Assembly: GCA_013265495.1 (NCBI GenBank)
Contig: MU058221.1
Location: 2,666,001-2,730,000, forward strand
Length of the DNA stretch: 64,000 nt
Direction: 5' to 3'
Source: Vicugna vicugna
Taxonomy: Eukaryota
In this document: piece by piece, positions 1-10,712 of the stretch
How the letters are laid out: each line of letters opens with the position of its first letter
Numbering within the stretch: the first letter of the stretch is position 1
Notes under the pieces: model-generated
What the model saw: the letters and a program-made list of their open reading frames with translations, nothing else
Database searches by the model: none
Told to the model about the DNA's origin: nothing
Position numbers and translations under genes: made by a program

Positions 1-383
1 CATTTGTCCCTCCACGCCCCACCCTTTTCCCTTTTGGTAACCAAAAGTTTGTTTTCTGTGTCTATGAGTTTATTTCTGTTTTGCACATAAGTTCATTTGT
101 GTCATTTTTTATATTGTATATTTATATTTTAAGTGGTATCATATGGTATTTTTTTTCTCTTTCTGGCTTACTTCACTTAGAATGATGATCTCCAGGTCCA
201 TCCATGTTGCTGCAAATGGCATTATTTTATTATTTTTTATGGCTGAGTAGTATTCTATTGTATAAATATATCATAGCTTCTTTATCCAGTCATCTGTTGA
301 TGGACATTTATGTTGTTTCCATGTCTTGACTATTGTAAATAGTGCTTCTCTGAACATTGGGTACATGTCTCTTTTGGAATTAA
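1..383 (-). mobile_element. L1 3' region (ORF2 end/3'UTR), cetartiodactyl type; runs off window start
   Basis: Antisense L1 hallmarks (tccatccatgttgctgcaaatggcattattt, ggctgagtagtattc, ccatgtcttgactattgtaaatagtgct); collinear with the L1 at 24872-25897. Confidence 0.92.
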
Positions 384-1747
384 TATCTGTACTTCTCCTG
401 TTTCTAAGGCGCTCCCAGGCACCATCCTCTTGGGACCACAGGATGATCTGTTGGTGTTAGAATTCCAAGCCATGAATCCACTCTCTCTTTTCTTTTCTTT
501 TTTTTTTTCTCTCTGTTTCCTCTCTCTTAAATGGAGATCCTCACACCTGCCCCTCCTCTGGAAGACAAGAGAAGAATTTGATGAGTTTAGGTCTTTCAAC
601 CTCTCCTCTTGCCAAACACAACACAACTAGGAGTGGCTTCCGAGAAAGACCTAGACGAGAGCTCACATCGTATCTGCTGTCCTTCACGTCTTATTTCCTC
701 TTACTAATTAGTCCCCAGATATCTCAGAACAGAAAACAGTTATCTGAGCTCTGACAGGGTCGAGAATTTCCACTTCACATTCCCAGCACGCCTGAGGCTG
801 GCAGTGAGAGAGGCCCGCAGTAAGGAATTGAAGCCCACACTTTTCTTTGCACCTGTTGACCTGTTTTCATCTTCCTTTGGGACCTGAAGTTGGGGGCAAC
901 AATGAATTTGTCGCCTAGAAGTATTATTAACCAGACGGGACAAAGGTAGCCTTCCCGTGGAACCTGAGTTTATTTCATCGTGCCTTGGACCTGTGTGTAC
1001 ACCAGCGGCGCTCGTTAGTGTTGACTCAGAGAGGCATCGCCTGCTTTTATGAGATCAGAAGACAATCGTGGAGGCTGAACTAGCCTCCTTCCTCCTAGCC
1101 GTGTAGGGGAGCTTTAGAAGGGAGAGCAAGGTGTACTTTTCACCCCATAATGGGGTTAATGGAAACTGACAGAGTGAGGAAGTTAATTTTTCAGGTTGCC
1201 ATTCATTCCTTTTCTCTATCAGTCGATCAAAAAAAATACTTATTGAGCACCATCTGTGAGCTCTGCTTTGAAAGGGAAACAGAAAAAGCTACGTGGCAGC
1301 TCCATCTACCGTTGACGGTTTTCTTGGGGGAACCAAGTCCGCACCTGTGGTCCAGCAGAACTCTTAACGTGGAGTCAGGAGACTCGCGGACTTGTCACAG
1401 TTTGTTGAGCAGTGTAGTATGTGGTTCAGGAAGAGTGTCCAGAATGTAGGCTCTCCGAGCTGTAACATCGGCTGTCATTAACTAGCAGGGGAACCTTGGA
1501 AAATTCCACACTTCTCATCCATTCTCTCATCTCTGAGAATGAAGTTAATAATAGTGTCCGACTCAGAGTCCTGGAGACCTTCGAGTTAAAACTTGACTCG
1601 CATCACATTTAGGACACGTTAAGTATGAGGTATTTTTAGTTTGATATTTCAGGCAAGCCTTTGAAAGCCTCTGGGAAAGAAAAGGGACTTGCAATGTGTT
1701 GCGTGCTTCCTGTGCCTCCAACACCACGTGGCGCACATCACGTATGC

Positions 1748-1835
1748 TTTTTTTTTAATTGAAGTATGGTCAATTACAATGTGTCAATTTCTGATGTGCA
1801 GCATAACGTCCCAGTCCTGCATATATATTATATAC
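1748..1835 (-). mobile_element. Severely 5'-truncated L1 3' terminus
   Basis: poly-T then aattgaagtatggtcaattacaatgtgtcaatttctgatgtgcagcat; same terminus as copies at 10475 and 37413. Confidence 0.85.
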
Positions 1836-2002
1836 AGATGAGTTTTCATATGTCCTCATGGATGCTTTGTGAAGTTGGTATGGGAGACTCAAAACTGTTA
1901 AAACAGCTTCATCATGTCTCCTGTCCGGGGAAGGACATAGCTGGGGTTCAGACTCTGATCTGTCTGCACCCAAAGTCCGGGCACTTTCTACTCCCCTACA
2001 CC
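1836..2002 (-). mobile_element. MIR SINE fragment
   Basis: gctggggttcagactctgatctgtctgcacccaaagtccgggcactttctactc resembles the antisense MIR 5' end. Confidence 0.6.
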
Positions 2003-2321
2003 TTCTCTGAGCCTCAGCTTCTCCACCTTAGAACACTTTTGGCTGGACCAGAAGGTCTCTGAATTCAGCTGCAAATTTTATGATTCCTGGTCATCCGACC
2101 TTCTTGTGAAACTTGACTTTAGGTGAAGGGAGCATTCACAGAAACATTTTTAGATATATTGGCACATGAAGATATAATGGAATTTCGCTATGTGGGAGGT
2201 AGGAAAGAGGATAATTTAGCTAGGCTTAAATACTCGAACAATGGTGGCGTGGTAGGAATGATACTCAGGGACGAGGATGAAAAAGTCGTCCCTACCAAGA
2301 GGGGCCTGCTACTGGGGAATC

Positions 2322-2425
2322 ACCACTAGATACCAGTAGCATATCACCAAATGTGACAACCAAAAGCATCTCAGACACTTTCCAGTGTCACTTGGGGGAG
2401 GATCACCTCTACTTGGGAACCACTG
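2322..2425 (-). mobile_element. MER20 (hAT-Charlie) fragment
   Basis: ccactagataccagtagc...tgtgacaaccaaaagcatctcagacac...gggaaccactg; reverse complement of the start of the copy at 32346. Confidence 0.8.
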
Positions 2426-2524
2426 CCTTAACCATCTCCTTTAGATCATCATCTACATGTAGAGAAATTAACTCAGTCATCAGGGAGTTTAACCTTGCTG
2501 CCTTGAGCTTACGGTTATCTGATG

Positions 2525-2728
2525 CAGTGGTCCTCAAACTTTGCTGTGCATAACAGTCCCCTCGGGGAACATGGGGAATTCAGATCCTTGCTTTTTTTCT
2601 CCACTGAAAACTCGGTGCAACAGGTCTGGGTAGAACCCAAGAATCTGATTTTCACCCAGCCCCTGTTTCCCATTCCTTCCCCAAGTGGATTCTGACACAG
2701 TCCAGAGGCCCCATTTTGAAAAACACTG
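2525..2728 (+). mobile_element. MER5-family hAT MITE
   Basis: Terminal inverted ends cagtggtcctcaaact ... tttgaaaaacactg; internal aggtctgggtagaacccaagaatctg. Confidence 0.7.
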
Positions 2729-2794
2729 ACCCAGTTGCTGTAGTCAGGGTCAGCCTCCGTCCTGTTTGTCTGGCAGGAAGACTTGGGAACCAGT

Positions 2795-3225
2795 AATCGT
2801 AGCTTTAAACCTTTTCTTCATGCCTTGTCTTTCTCTTTTCTTCCTTTCTTCCTTCCTTCCTTTCTTTTCTTCTTTTCTTTTCTTTCCAACATAAATTTAT
2901 TATCTTGCAGTCTAGAGAACTGAAGACCAAAATGCATTTATTTAACTGGACTGAAATCAAGGAAGGTGTCAGCAGGACTGCATTCTTCTGGAAGCTCCAG
3001 GAGAAGGAGAAGAATCTGTTCCTTGTCGTTTCCAGCTTGTAGAGGCCGATTGCCCTTCTTTGGCTGGTGTCCCTTTTCCAGGTTCCCAGCCAGCAACTGC
3101 TTCACTTAGACTTCTGCTTGTATTGTCACATCTCCTATTGTCTCTCTGACCCTCCTACCTTCCTTTGATGCGAGCCCTTGTGGATACTTTGAGCCCGTGC
3201 AGAAATCTAGGGTAATTTCCCATTC
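2795..3225 (-). mobile_element. MLT1 (ERVL-MaLR) solo LTR fragment with an internal T/C simple repeat (2811-2887)
   Basis: aaatttattatcttgcagtctagag, aaggtgtcagcaggactgcattcttctggaagctcc, gtcacatctcct, ccttgtggatactttgagccc. Confidence 0.8.
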
Positions 3226-3248
3226 TTTCTTTAAATTTTAAAAAATCT

Positions 3249-4198
3249 ATTTATTTTCTTTAAGTATAGTCAAGTTACAATGTTGTGTAAACAACCCAAT
3301 CCAAAAATGGGCAGAAGACCTAAATAAACATTTCTCCCATGAAAGTATACAAATGGCCAATAGGCACATAAAAAAATGCTCAGTATCACTACTTATCATA
3401 GAAATGCAAATCAAAACTACGATGAGGTACCACCTCGCACCAGTCAGGATGGCCATCATTCAAAAGTCCACAAATGATAAATGCTGGAGAGGGTGTGGAG
3501 AAAAGGCAACCTTCCTACACTGCTGGTGGGAATGTAACTTGGTGCAACCATTCTGGAAAACAGTATGGAGATTCCTCAAAAAACTAAAACTAGACTTACC
3601 ATATGATCCAGTAATCCCACTCCTGGGCATACATCTGGAGGAAACTCTAATTTGAAAAGAAACATGCACCCCAGTTTTCATAGTAGCACTGTGTACAATA
3701 GCCAAGACATGGAAGCATCCAGAATGTCCATCAACAGGTGACTGGATAAAGAAGTTGTGGTGGGTGTACACACACATACACACACACACACAACTGAATA
3801 CTCTTCAACCATAAAAAAGAATAAAATAACGCCATTTGCAGCAACATGGATGGATGTGGAGATCGTCATTCTAAGTGAAGTTAGCCAGAACGAGAAAGAC
3901 AATACCATATGAGATCACTTATATGTGGAATGTGAAAAATGACACAAATGAGCTTATTTACACAGAAACAGACTCACAGACATAGAAAACAAACTTTTGG
4001 TTACCAGAGAGGAAAGGTGGGGCATGGAGGGATAAATTGGGAGCTCAGGATTTGCAGATACTAACTATATATAAAATAGGTAAACAACAAGGTCCTACTG
4101 TGTAGCACAGGGAACTATATTCAATATCTTGTAATAGCCTGTAATGAAAAAATATGAAAAGGAATATATGTATATATGTATGTATGTGTGTATATAAA
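3249..4198. mobile_element. L1 with 5' inversion: 3' terminus on - (3249-3288), ORF2 C-terminus/3'UTR on + (3289-4198)
   Basis: ORF 3353-3655 translates as L1 ORF2p C-terminus ([18 protein letters not shown]...KCWRGCGEK...HCWWEC...LPYDP); 3249-3288 is the reverse-complement L1 terminus. Confidence 0.92.
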
Positions 4199-4225
4199 CC
4201 TTTACTTCTGCATTTACTTGCAGTT

Positions 4226-4463
4226 TGATAGCAGTCTGGTTAGACATGTAGTGCCTGAAGTCGCACGCCTTGGTTTCAAAGCCTGGCGTCATCACTTACA
4301 GCATGTGTCACGTTGAGTAAATCAGAATTCTCTGACCGCACCTCCCTATTGATAGAAGGGAGAATATTATTAGCACCTGCCCCGTAAGTTGGCATTATAT
4401 ATGAGTGGATACCTGAAAAGCCTTCCCAATTGTTCCTGCAAAAGTGCTCAATAAATCTTTAGC
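4226..4463 (+). mobile_element. MIR SINE
   Basis: ggtttcaaagcctggcgtcatcacttacagcatgtgtcacgttgagtaaatc ... aagtgctcaataaatctttagc. Confidence 0.75.
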
Positions 4464-4566
4464 GGTAGGGGCAAAGGTTAATTAAAAATAAAAAGTGCAG
4501 GATTTTGCCGTCACAGCATTGCTAGAGCATACCTGAGCTCTTTTAGAATCCACGGTGCACTTAGAA

Positions 4567-4755
4567 CAGGGTTTTCTCACATCAGAGTCACCTGGGAAAT
4601 TTGAAAAACGCAAGTTCCTGAACGCCACCCCGCCTCCCTCCAAGGCAGTTTAACTTGGTGTGTCTCAGATGAGGGCTAAGGATTTGCATTTTTTGTGAAG
4701 TTGTGCAGGGAAGTGTCATGCAGCAAACTCAAGGGCCACACTTGGAAACTCACTG
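4567..4755 (+). mobile_element. MER5A-like hAT MITE
   Basis: catcagagtcacctgggaaatttgaaaaacgc ... gggccacacttggaaactcactg. Confidence 0.7.
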
Positions 4756-5699
4756 GGCGGGAATAGCCTGTCCTTTGTACAAACTGGGTCTCCTCTTTAC
4801 ATCTGCTTACCTGCTCCGAGAAATAGACCGTGTTCTGGGACATGATCTTAAATCCGGTCTCCAGGAAGAGCTGCGTATAGTCATGATTACAAAGCACTGT
4901 ATGATTTTTTTGTTTTGTTTTTGTACTTGATACTTTTTTTTTTAGTTTCTTGTTTTCTTTGATTTACTTGGAAAGTTTTACCAAATTGATTGTAGTCTGA
5001 AAAAAAATAGGTAAGGATTTTTTTAAAAGGGGAGGAAGCATACACATTGGCAAGGCTGTCATCTAGACTTAAAAGCCCTTTCAGCAGGACATTTCCATAT
5101 GTTGAGTTTTGAACTTGACAAATTTCTTAGACATTCTAAAAGCAACCCAGATTCCTCACAAGTGAGACTCTGGTCACATGAAATTTTAAAGGCCTGTCAG
5201 TATGTGTTTTCATTTTGCCTTTATTCCTATTCTTTGGTGAAAATAAAAAAAAAAAATTTTTAATAGAAAAGAACTTCTCCTTACAGTACTTTCAGGGGAA
5301 ACAAGGATTTTGCTTGCTGGAAAAAAAAAAAAGGCAAATGTATTCTGATTGCACCAACTTTCCTTAACGTGCACTCAAAGCTCTCCAGCGTTTTTCTACA
5401 AAAACCTGATGAAAATCATGACCATCAAGAGTATGTTCACTGTCAAAATCAAAGACATTGCTGAACGTAGATGGACGTCAAGTGTTCTTCAGGTTAAAGT
5501 GGTGCGTCTTATCTCTACGCTTGGTGTCATTTTTCTGCTTAACGTAGTGGAATATTTTAGGAAGGAATAATTGGTGGCGCAGATTTTCTTGTCCAAGAAT
5601 ACAGAGGCCCTGGTATAGTGTTTCTCCTGTAGCACATTTTCTCAAATGAACCGAATTCCTCCAGAGTTAGTTAATCCATCAGCTCCTCCCTCTGAAACA

Positions 5700-5795
5700 T
5701 CTCTTGGCACGTGCGTCATTGCTACGTGTTTACTCCATGAAGCTCATGAACAAGATTATCACCTGTTTTTATTTTTCTAAGGCAAGTAAATATGA
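5700..5795. promoter_or_regulatory. Candidate enhancer motif cluster (E-box, CRE-like, HRE core, two forkhead sites)
   Basis: CACGTG 5708-5713, TGCGTCA 5712-5718, TACGTG 5723-5728, TGTTTAC 5727-5733 and GTAAATA 5786-5792, all in unique sequence. Confidence 0.35.
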
Positions 5796-6351
5796 CCAGC
5801 CCTTCCCAAGAGTTCTGGGGATCGTGTGGAAGTCTCGAAGAGAGTTTCTCCATGTGAAATTGTTGTTCTTTTATTACTCTTTGCTCTAGGCCCACACAGG
5901 ACACATCCACTCCATGCACATCAGATTACGTACAAGATATTGCAGAATTCCGTATATGCACGGACGCCCTGATCCCCCCTGGCATATTAGTTCCGAGGGA
6001 GGCAAAGCGACTGGTGGAGTAATTTTTCTTTTCCTACCCCCATCGGTCAGGCCTCTCCCTTCCTTCTCCCACTCTGGGATTTGTAAGTGAGCCTCGCTTA
6101 CTAAAGAAGTAAGCCTTCCCCAGCCTGGGCTTACTCGGCACGGGGGGAAGCGGGCACTTCAAGGCCACGTTCGGCACTAAGGGTGGTTATACTCAGTTTC
6201 ATGCCGAGTCAGCTCTAATCTGAAAATATTCAAATAATCCAGGAAATGAAACTACTCTTGTTTCTGAAGAGCCTTCAGCAAAATTGAAAAGTCAGTTGGA
6301 TATGCTTCTAATTCCTGTGTTACATTCCAGCCGGAATGTTTCTGAATCCTG

Positions 6352-6510
6352 AGTAAGCAGTAGCACCACCTGGGAAACCTCAGAAACTCCAAACCCGGAC
6401 CCCGTGCCTAGAGATTCTAGTTCAATTGCTCTGGGATGGAGCCCGAGCGTCACTCAGGCCAGAGGTCCCCAGGTGATGTCAGCGTGCCGCCAGGTCTGAG
6501 AACTGCAGCT
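6352..6510 (+). mobile_element. MER5B-like hAT MITE
   Basis: agagattctagttcaattgctctgggatggagccc ... ccccaggtgatgtcagcgtgccgccaggtctgagaac. Confidence 0.7.
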
Positions 6511-9384
6511 GAGTGATTTGCGCAGACCTCCTTTATTGTTAGCCTTTTTTTTTTAAGCCTGCCTGTCCAGGGACTGGTTTTCATAAGGTCATGCTCTTGG
6601 TTGTCAGGGAGCCGATAAAGTCTGATGTGTCCCAGGGGCCTCTGCATTTAGCAGTTTCCAGGAAACCAGGAGCCCAAATCAGGATGCTGAACTTGTGGAC
6701 TGATGGGGCAGAATGCTTTCATTTCCCTTCCCTTCCCTTCCTCCCTCTTTCTCTCCATCCCTTCTGTTCTTCCATTAATTTCTACAAGCAATTCTTCAGG
6801 GAGTCACACTCAAATTCCAGCCACGTGTTTGATCATCTTCCTGCAGAGGCCTTCCAAAGGCATAGTCCCACTTCCAAACATTGATGATTTTGGTTTGCAC
6901 TTCGTCCAGAATGTGCGATTAGCCACCCACAGTGAGGATTTTCAAATCAGTAGAAGCTTGCTTAAGGACTCAGAAGACTTAAAAGGTAAATTCTTGTTGG
7001 TCCATTTTTTATGGCAACAATGATACCTATTCATTGCAAAAACCTTAGAAACTGCAGATAAGTTAGAACAAAGCAGGAATCACCTGTAATCCTGCGTGGC
7101 CATATGCTTTGAGTTATCTCTGGCCTTCCTTCTGTCCCTCTTCTCTGTTTTCAAATAACGTCCTATACTTAACACGCTTTCTAATGGATCTGTCTCCTGG
7201 TACATTTTAAAATAGAGCTTCTGACTAAGGCCGGAAACATTTAAGACTTTCAACTAACTTTCTACCTTTGAATTCAAAACTCTTGGTTTCTTGGCACTTC
7301 AGACGTTAGAATGACTGTAGAATTTGTCTGGTGGTGGATAAAGATACTGAGTCTCAGAGAGATTAAGGAGCTTAACCCAGGACAAGTTGGTGACAGATTT
7401 AGACATAAAATCCAGGGCCACTCAGTCCCGGGGGGTCGTGTGCCCTTCTGGTTTTATCCCCAGCTCTGACCTTGGTGTGTAGGGTCTGCTGATGGTAAAC
7501 GATGCTTCCGAAAGGATTTGTGTCTGTGTCTGCACGAACTAAGAGAAATGAGAGTAAACTGTGTTATTGGGATTAGCTAAGAAATAAAGTGACTGTGGTT
7601 GAATTTCCTGGACGTTTCAGAGGAAGAATAGATTGACTGTCGAGCGTCCGCATCAGAGGTATGTCTCATCTCCTCCTAACGCAGACCTGCGAAGTTGGGA
7701 ACGTATGAAGACTTGAGTCCCAGAAACAGAAGTTAAGCCAGCATGTCACATGGTTTGAAGAGCATTGTTCCTTGAGATGTTCATAGGTGCTTCCTGGACT
7801 GAACCAATTTAAACAAGTAGTTTCCATGTAGTAGGAGTTCTCCAGGTCTGTAATGTCCTTATGGGCGTTGTAACTGCCTGCGTGAGACACAGTAAGTAAA
7901 TTTCCTAGTTGTAGCAAGAACAGGTTTTATTTCCTTATTTTTTTATGACCCCTTTTAAGTGTTCATTTATTAACATCTTGATAAACTAGTCTTGTGGCCC
8001 CAAGTTAAGAACATGCTGATTTAATATAATTAGGCTTTGTGTACTGGGAGTCAGGGAACATCAAGGGATTAAGATGTGCTGAGACCATAGGGTTAAGCTG
8101 TTGTAACTGCGTCCATGAAACAAAAGCCAATTTGTCGTTTATTTTCAAGAAAGTCTTCTTATGGTCATTGTCCTGGTCTTACTCCCCTTAAGCCTCCAGG
8201 GGCATTCTTTTTCTTTGGTTCGTATATTTTCTGGAAGTCCAAACTTTGAAAAAGCAGAATATCACCCTGACTTTTTGCAAAACCGACAGAAGAAACATTT
8301 TTCTGATGCTTCCTTGTATCTCTAGGTTTCCAGGCTGGACAGCCTTAAAAAATTTTCAGAGGTGTCTAAAGTAATCAAAGTCTCCTGCTCAGGGCACTTG
8401 TTGGTGGCAGATCTGTATGAGTCCATGGTTTATGGTGATTAGAATTTGATACGGCACAGGTAAATCAATAGAATCGCAGGGCTGGGCGGTAATTTGGTGC
8501 AATGGAACCTGAGAGGAGCATTTCTATTTCTTTTTTACAGTCTTTTTGTCTATCTGTCTTACCCAAGTCTTCATTAATAGCCTCCTGGCCATTAAGGTGT
8601 CAATGTTTGGGGGAAAAAAAAACCCGATTTTCCCCCTTCCCACTTTGGAAGAAATCTTTACACCCCACTTATCTTTGAAAACGGGTGAGTCATTGTCCTT
8701 TGTCTGGCCTTCTCACCCTCTTGTGTCGTTAGGTGCCACTGTGAGTAGGTGTGTAGGAAGCCCATCTCATGACGCAGACCCCGGAGCTCACATCCACACC
8801 GTATGGCAGTTGCTACCATGTTCGGATTTGATTGGACCCCAGTCAAGAGACCAAGTGCTGTGAGTCACTGCACTGGAACGCATGCATTACATATGGTCCG
8901 ATCCTTTAATTTGGAACTCCTGCTCTCTCGGGTTGGTCATAACTCAAATTCGATTAAGTAAAATATTTGCTATAATTTTAGGAGGTGGGAACTTTTTTAG
9001 GATCTTACTTGTGAATTAAGGAAAGTCCCAGCCCAATCTAGAAGAGGTTTACAATCCAAATCCAAGAATTAGATACTCCTTCCTGTGGCTGTTAGTGTCT
9101 CAGTCCAACAATCACTCTTGAACAGGAAAAAAAATTTTTTTAATGTATATTTAAATCAACATGTACCAGATTAGGTTTAAGTTAAGCATAAAGAGGATGG
9201 CGAAAAATGGAATTTGGACATGGACAAAACTTCAAGATCAAGAATATAAGGGTAGTTATAGATCAGAGTGTATTCGATATACGGCTAATTATAACAAGAT
9301 TTTAAACTGTATTTGGTGCTTACATATTCCAGGGACTATATTAGGAATATAACAACCATCCCATGAGATTCCACAAATACGTAT

Positions 9385-9690
9385 GCAAGTTTTCTAGGAC
9401 TGCCATCGCAGCGGCCACAGAAGGGGTGGCGTAAGCCAAGGGGAGGCTTGAAGTCTAAGGTCAAGGTGTCAGCAGAGTTGACTTCATTCTGAGGCCTCTC
9501 TCCTTGGCTTAAGGATGGCCGTCTTCTCCCTTTGTCTTCGCATGGTCTTCCTGTGTCAAATCAGATTAGAGTCCATTTTTACCTTTATTACCTCTTTAAA
9601 GGCCTATTCTCCAAATACAGCCACATTCTGAGGTGCCAGGGGTTAGGACTTCAACATATGAAATTTGGGGGATCCCCTCCTGCTCACAAC
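9385..9690 (-). mobile_element. MLT1A-type solo LTR
   Basis: tcaaggtgtcagcagagttg, ctgaggcctctctccttggct, tctccaaatacagccacattctgaggtgccaggggttaggacttcaacatatgaaatttggggg. Confidence 0.85.
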
Positions 9691-9746
9691 AAATACTATT
9701 ATTTCCATTTTATAGCTGAGCCAGCTGAAGTTGAGTTACAGTCTTT

Positions 9747-9839
9747 TTTTTTCCCCCAAAGTAGAAGTACTGGGGATTGAACCCGGGACCTCGTGCATGT
9801 TAAGCATGTGCTCTACCCCTGAGCTATGCCCGCCCCCCT
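9747..9839 (-). mobile_element. Camelid tRNA-derived SINE (Vic-1-type), inserted in a MIR
   Basis: gtactggggattgaacccgggacctcgtgcatgttaagcatgtgctctacccctgagctat; perfect TSD gttacagtcttt at 9735-9746 and 9842-9853. Confidence 0.9.
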
Positions 9840-10474
9840 TGGTTACAGTCTTTGCCCGTGGTCGTGCAGCAGGTGCACAGAACAAACAGGATTCAAATCT
9901 GTTTCATTGCAGAGCCTTCCCACAGACACTGTGCACTGCTGTGGACCTCAGTTCACCCATCTATCCGTCAGCGATTGTGCCTCATGGGTCTCCTGTCTGC
10001 CAGGCACGGTGCTATAGGTGCTGTAAATAACATTGGTGAGGAAAACAGGTGCAGTCTCTGCTTTCGAGGCACTGGCCGTCATCCAGCCGTCTGTGCACTC
10101 AGTGGCTTTAAACCCAATGGTCCATCAGATTCCATCTGTCCCCCACATCACTCGGTTCTCATGGGGCCGATAGCCCAAATGGGCGAGGTTCTCTGGGCAG
10201 CTGTCACCACGCTAACATCTCAGGCAGAGCTGACCCAGAGCCCGAGTCACACACTCTAGCCGTGATTTGGGTCCATTCCCCCACAAAGGCACGGAGCCCA
10301 TGGAGGAGGGGCGGCCCCGGTGGTCGTGGGTGCTCCTCGCAGAGTGGGCGGGGGAAACCAACTGAGACGAAACATTCTGGAGAGAGCCAAATGAGTTTGA
10401 TCAGAGCAGATCTGGTTGCATATGATAAGAATCTGTCTTTCACTGTATTTTTAAAACTCTCAAAAAAATTTGCA

Positions 10475-10712
10475 TTCTTTTTTATCGAAGCCTAGTCCGT
10501 TTACAATGTTGTGTCAGTTTCTGATGTACGGTGTCATGTTTCAGTCCCATCAACATACATATATTCCCTTTCATATTCTTTTTCATTATCGGTTAGTACA
10601 AGATATTGAATATAGCTCCCTGTGCTGCACAGAAGAAGCTGGTTTATCTATTTTATACATAGTAGTATCTGCAAATCTTGAGCTTCCAGGGTGTCCCTTC
10701 CCGCCCCCTATC
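10475..10712 (-). mobile_element. 5'-truncated L1 3'UTR
   Basis: tttacaatgttgtgtcagtttctgatgtac ... tacaagatattgaatatagctccctgtgctg. Confidence 0.88.

Noticed and set aside
3353..3655. 100-aa Cys/His-containing ORF as a host gene
   Set aside because: It is the L1 ORF2p C-terminal remnant, ending at a premature stop; the same applies to 62581-62793, 58650-58862 and 25213-25452
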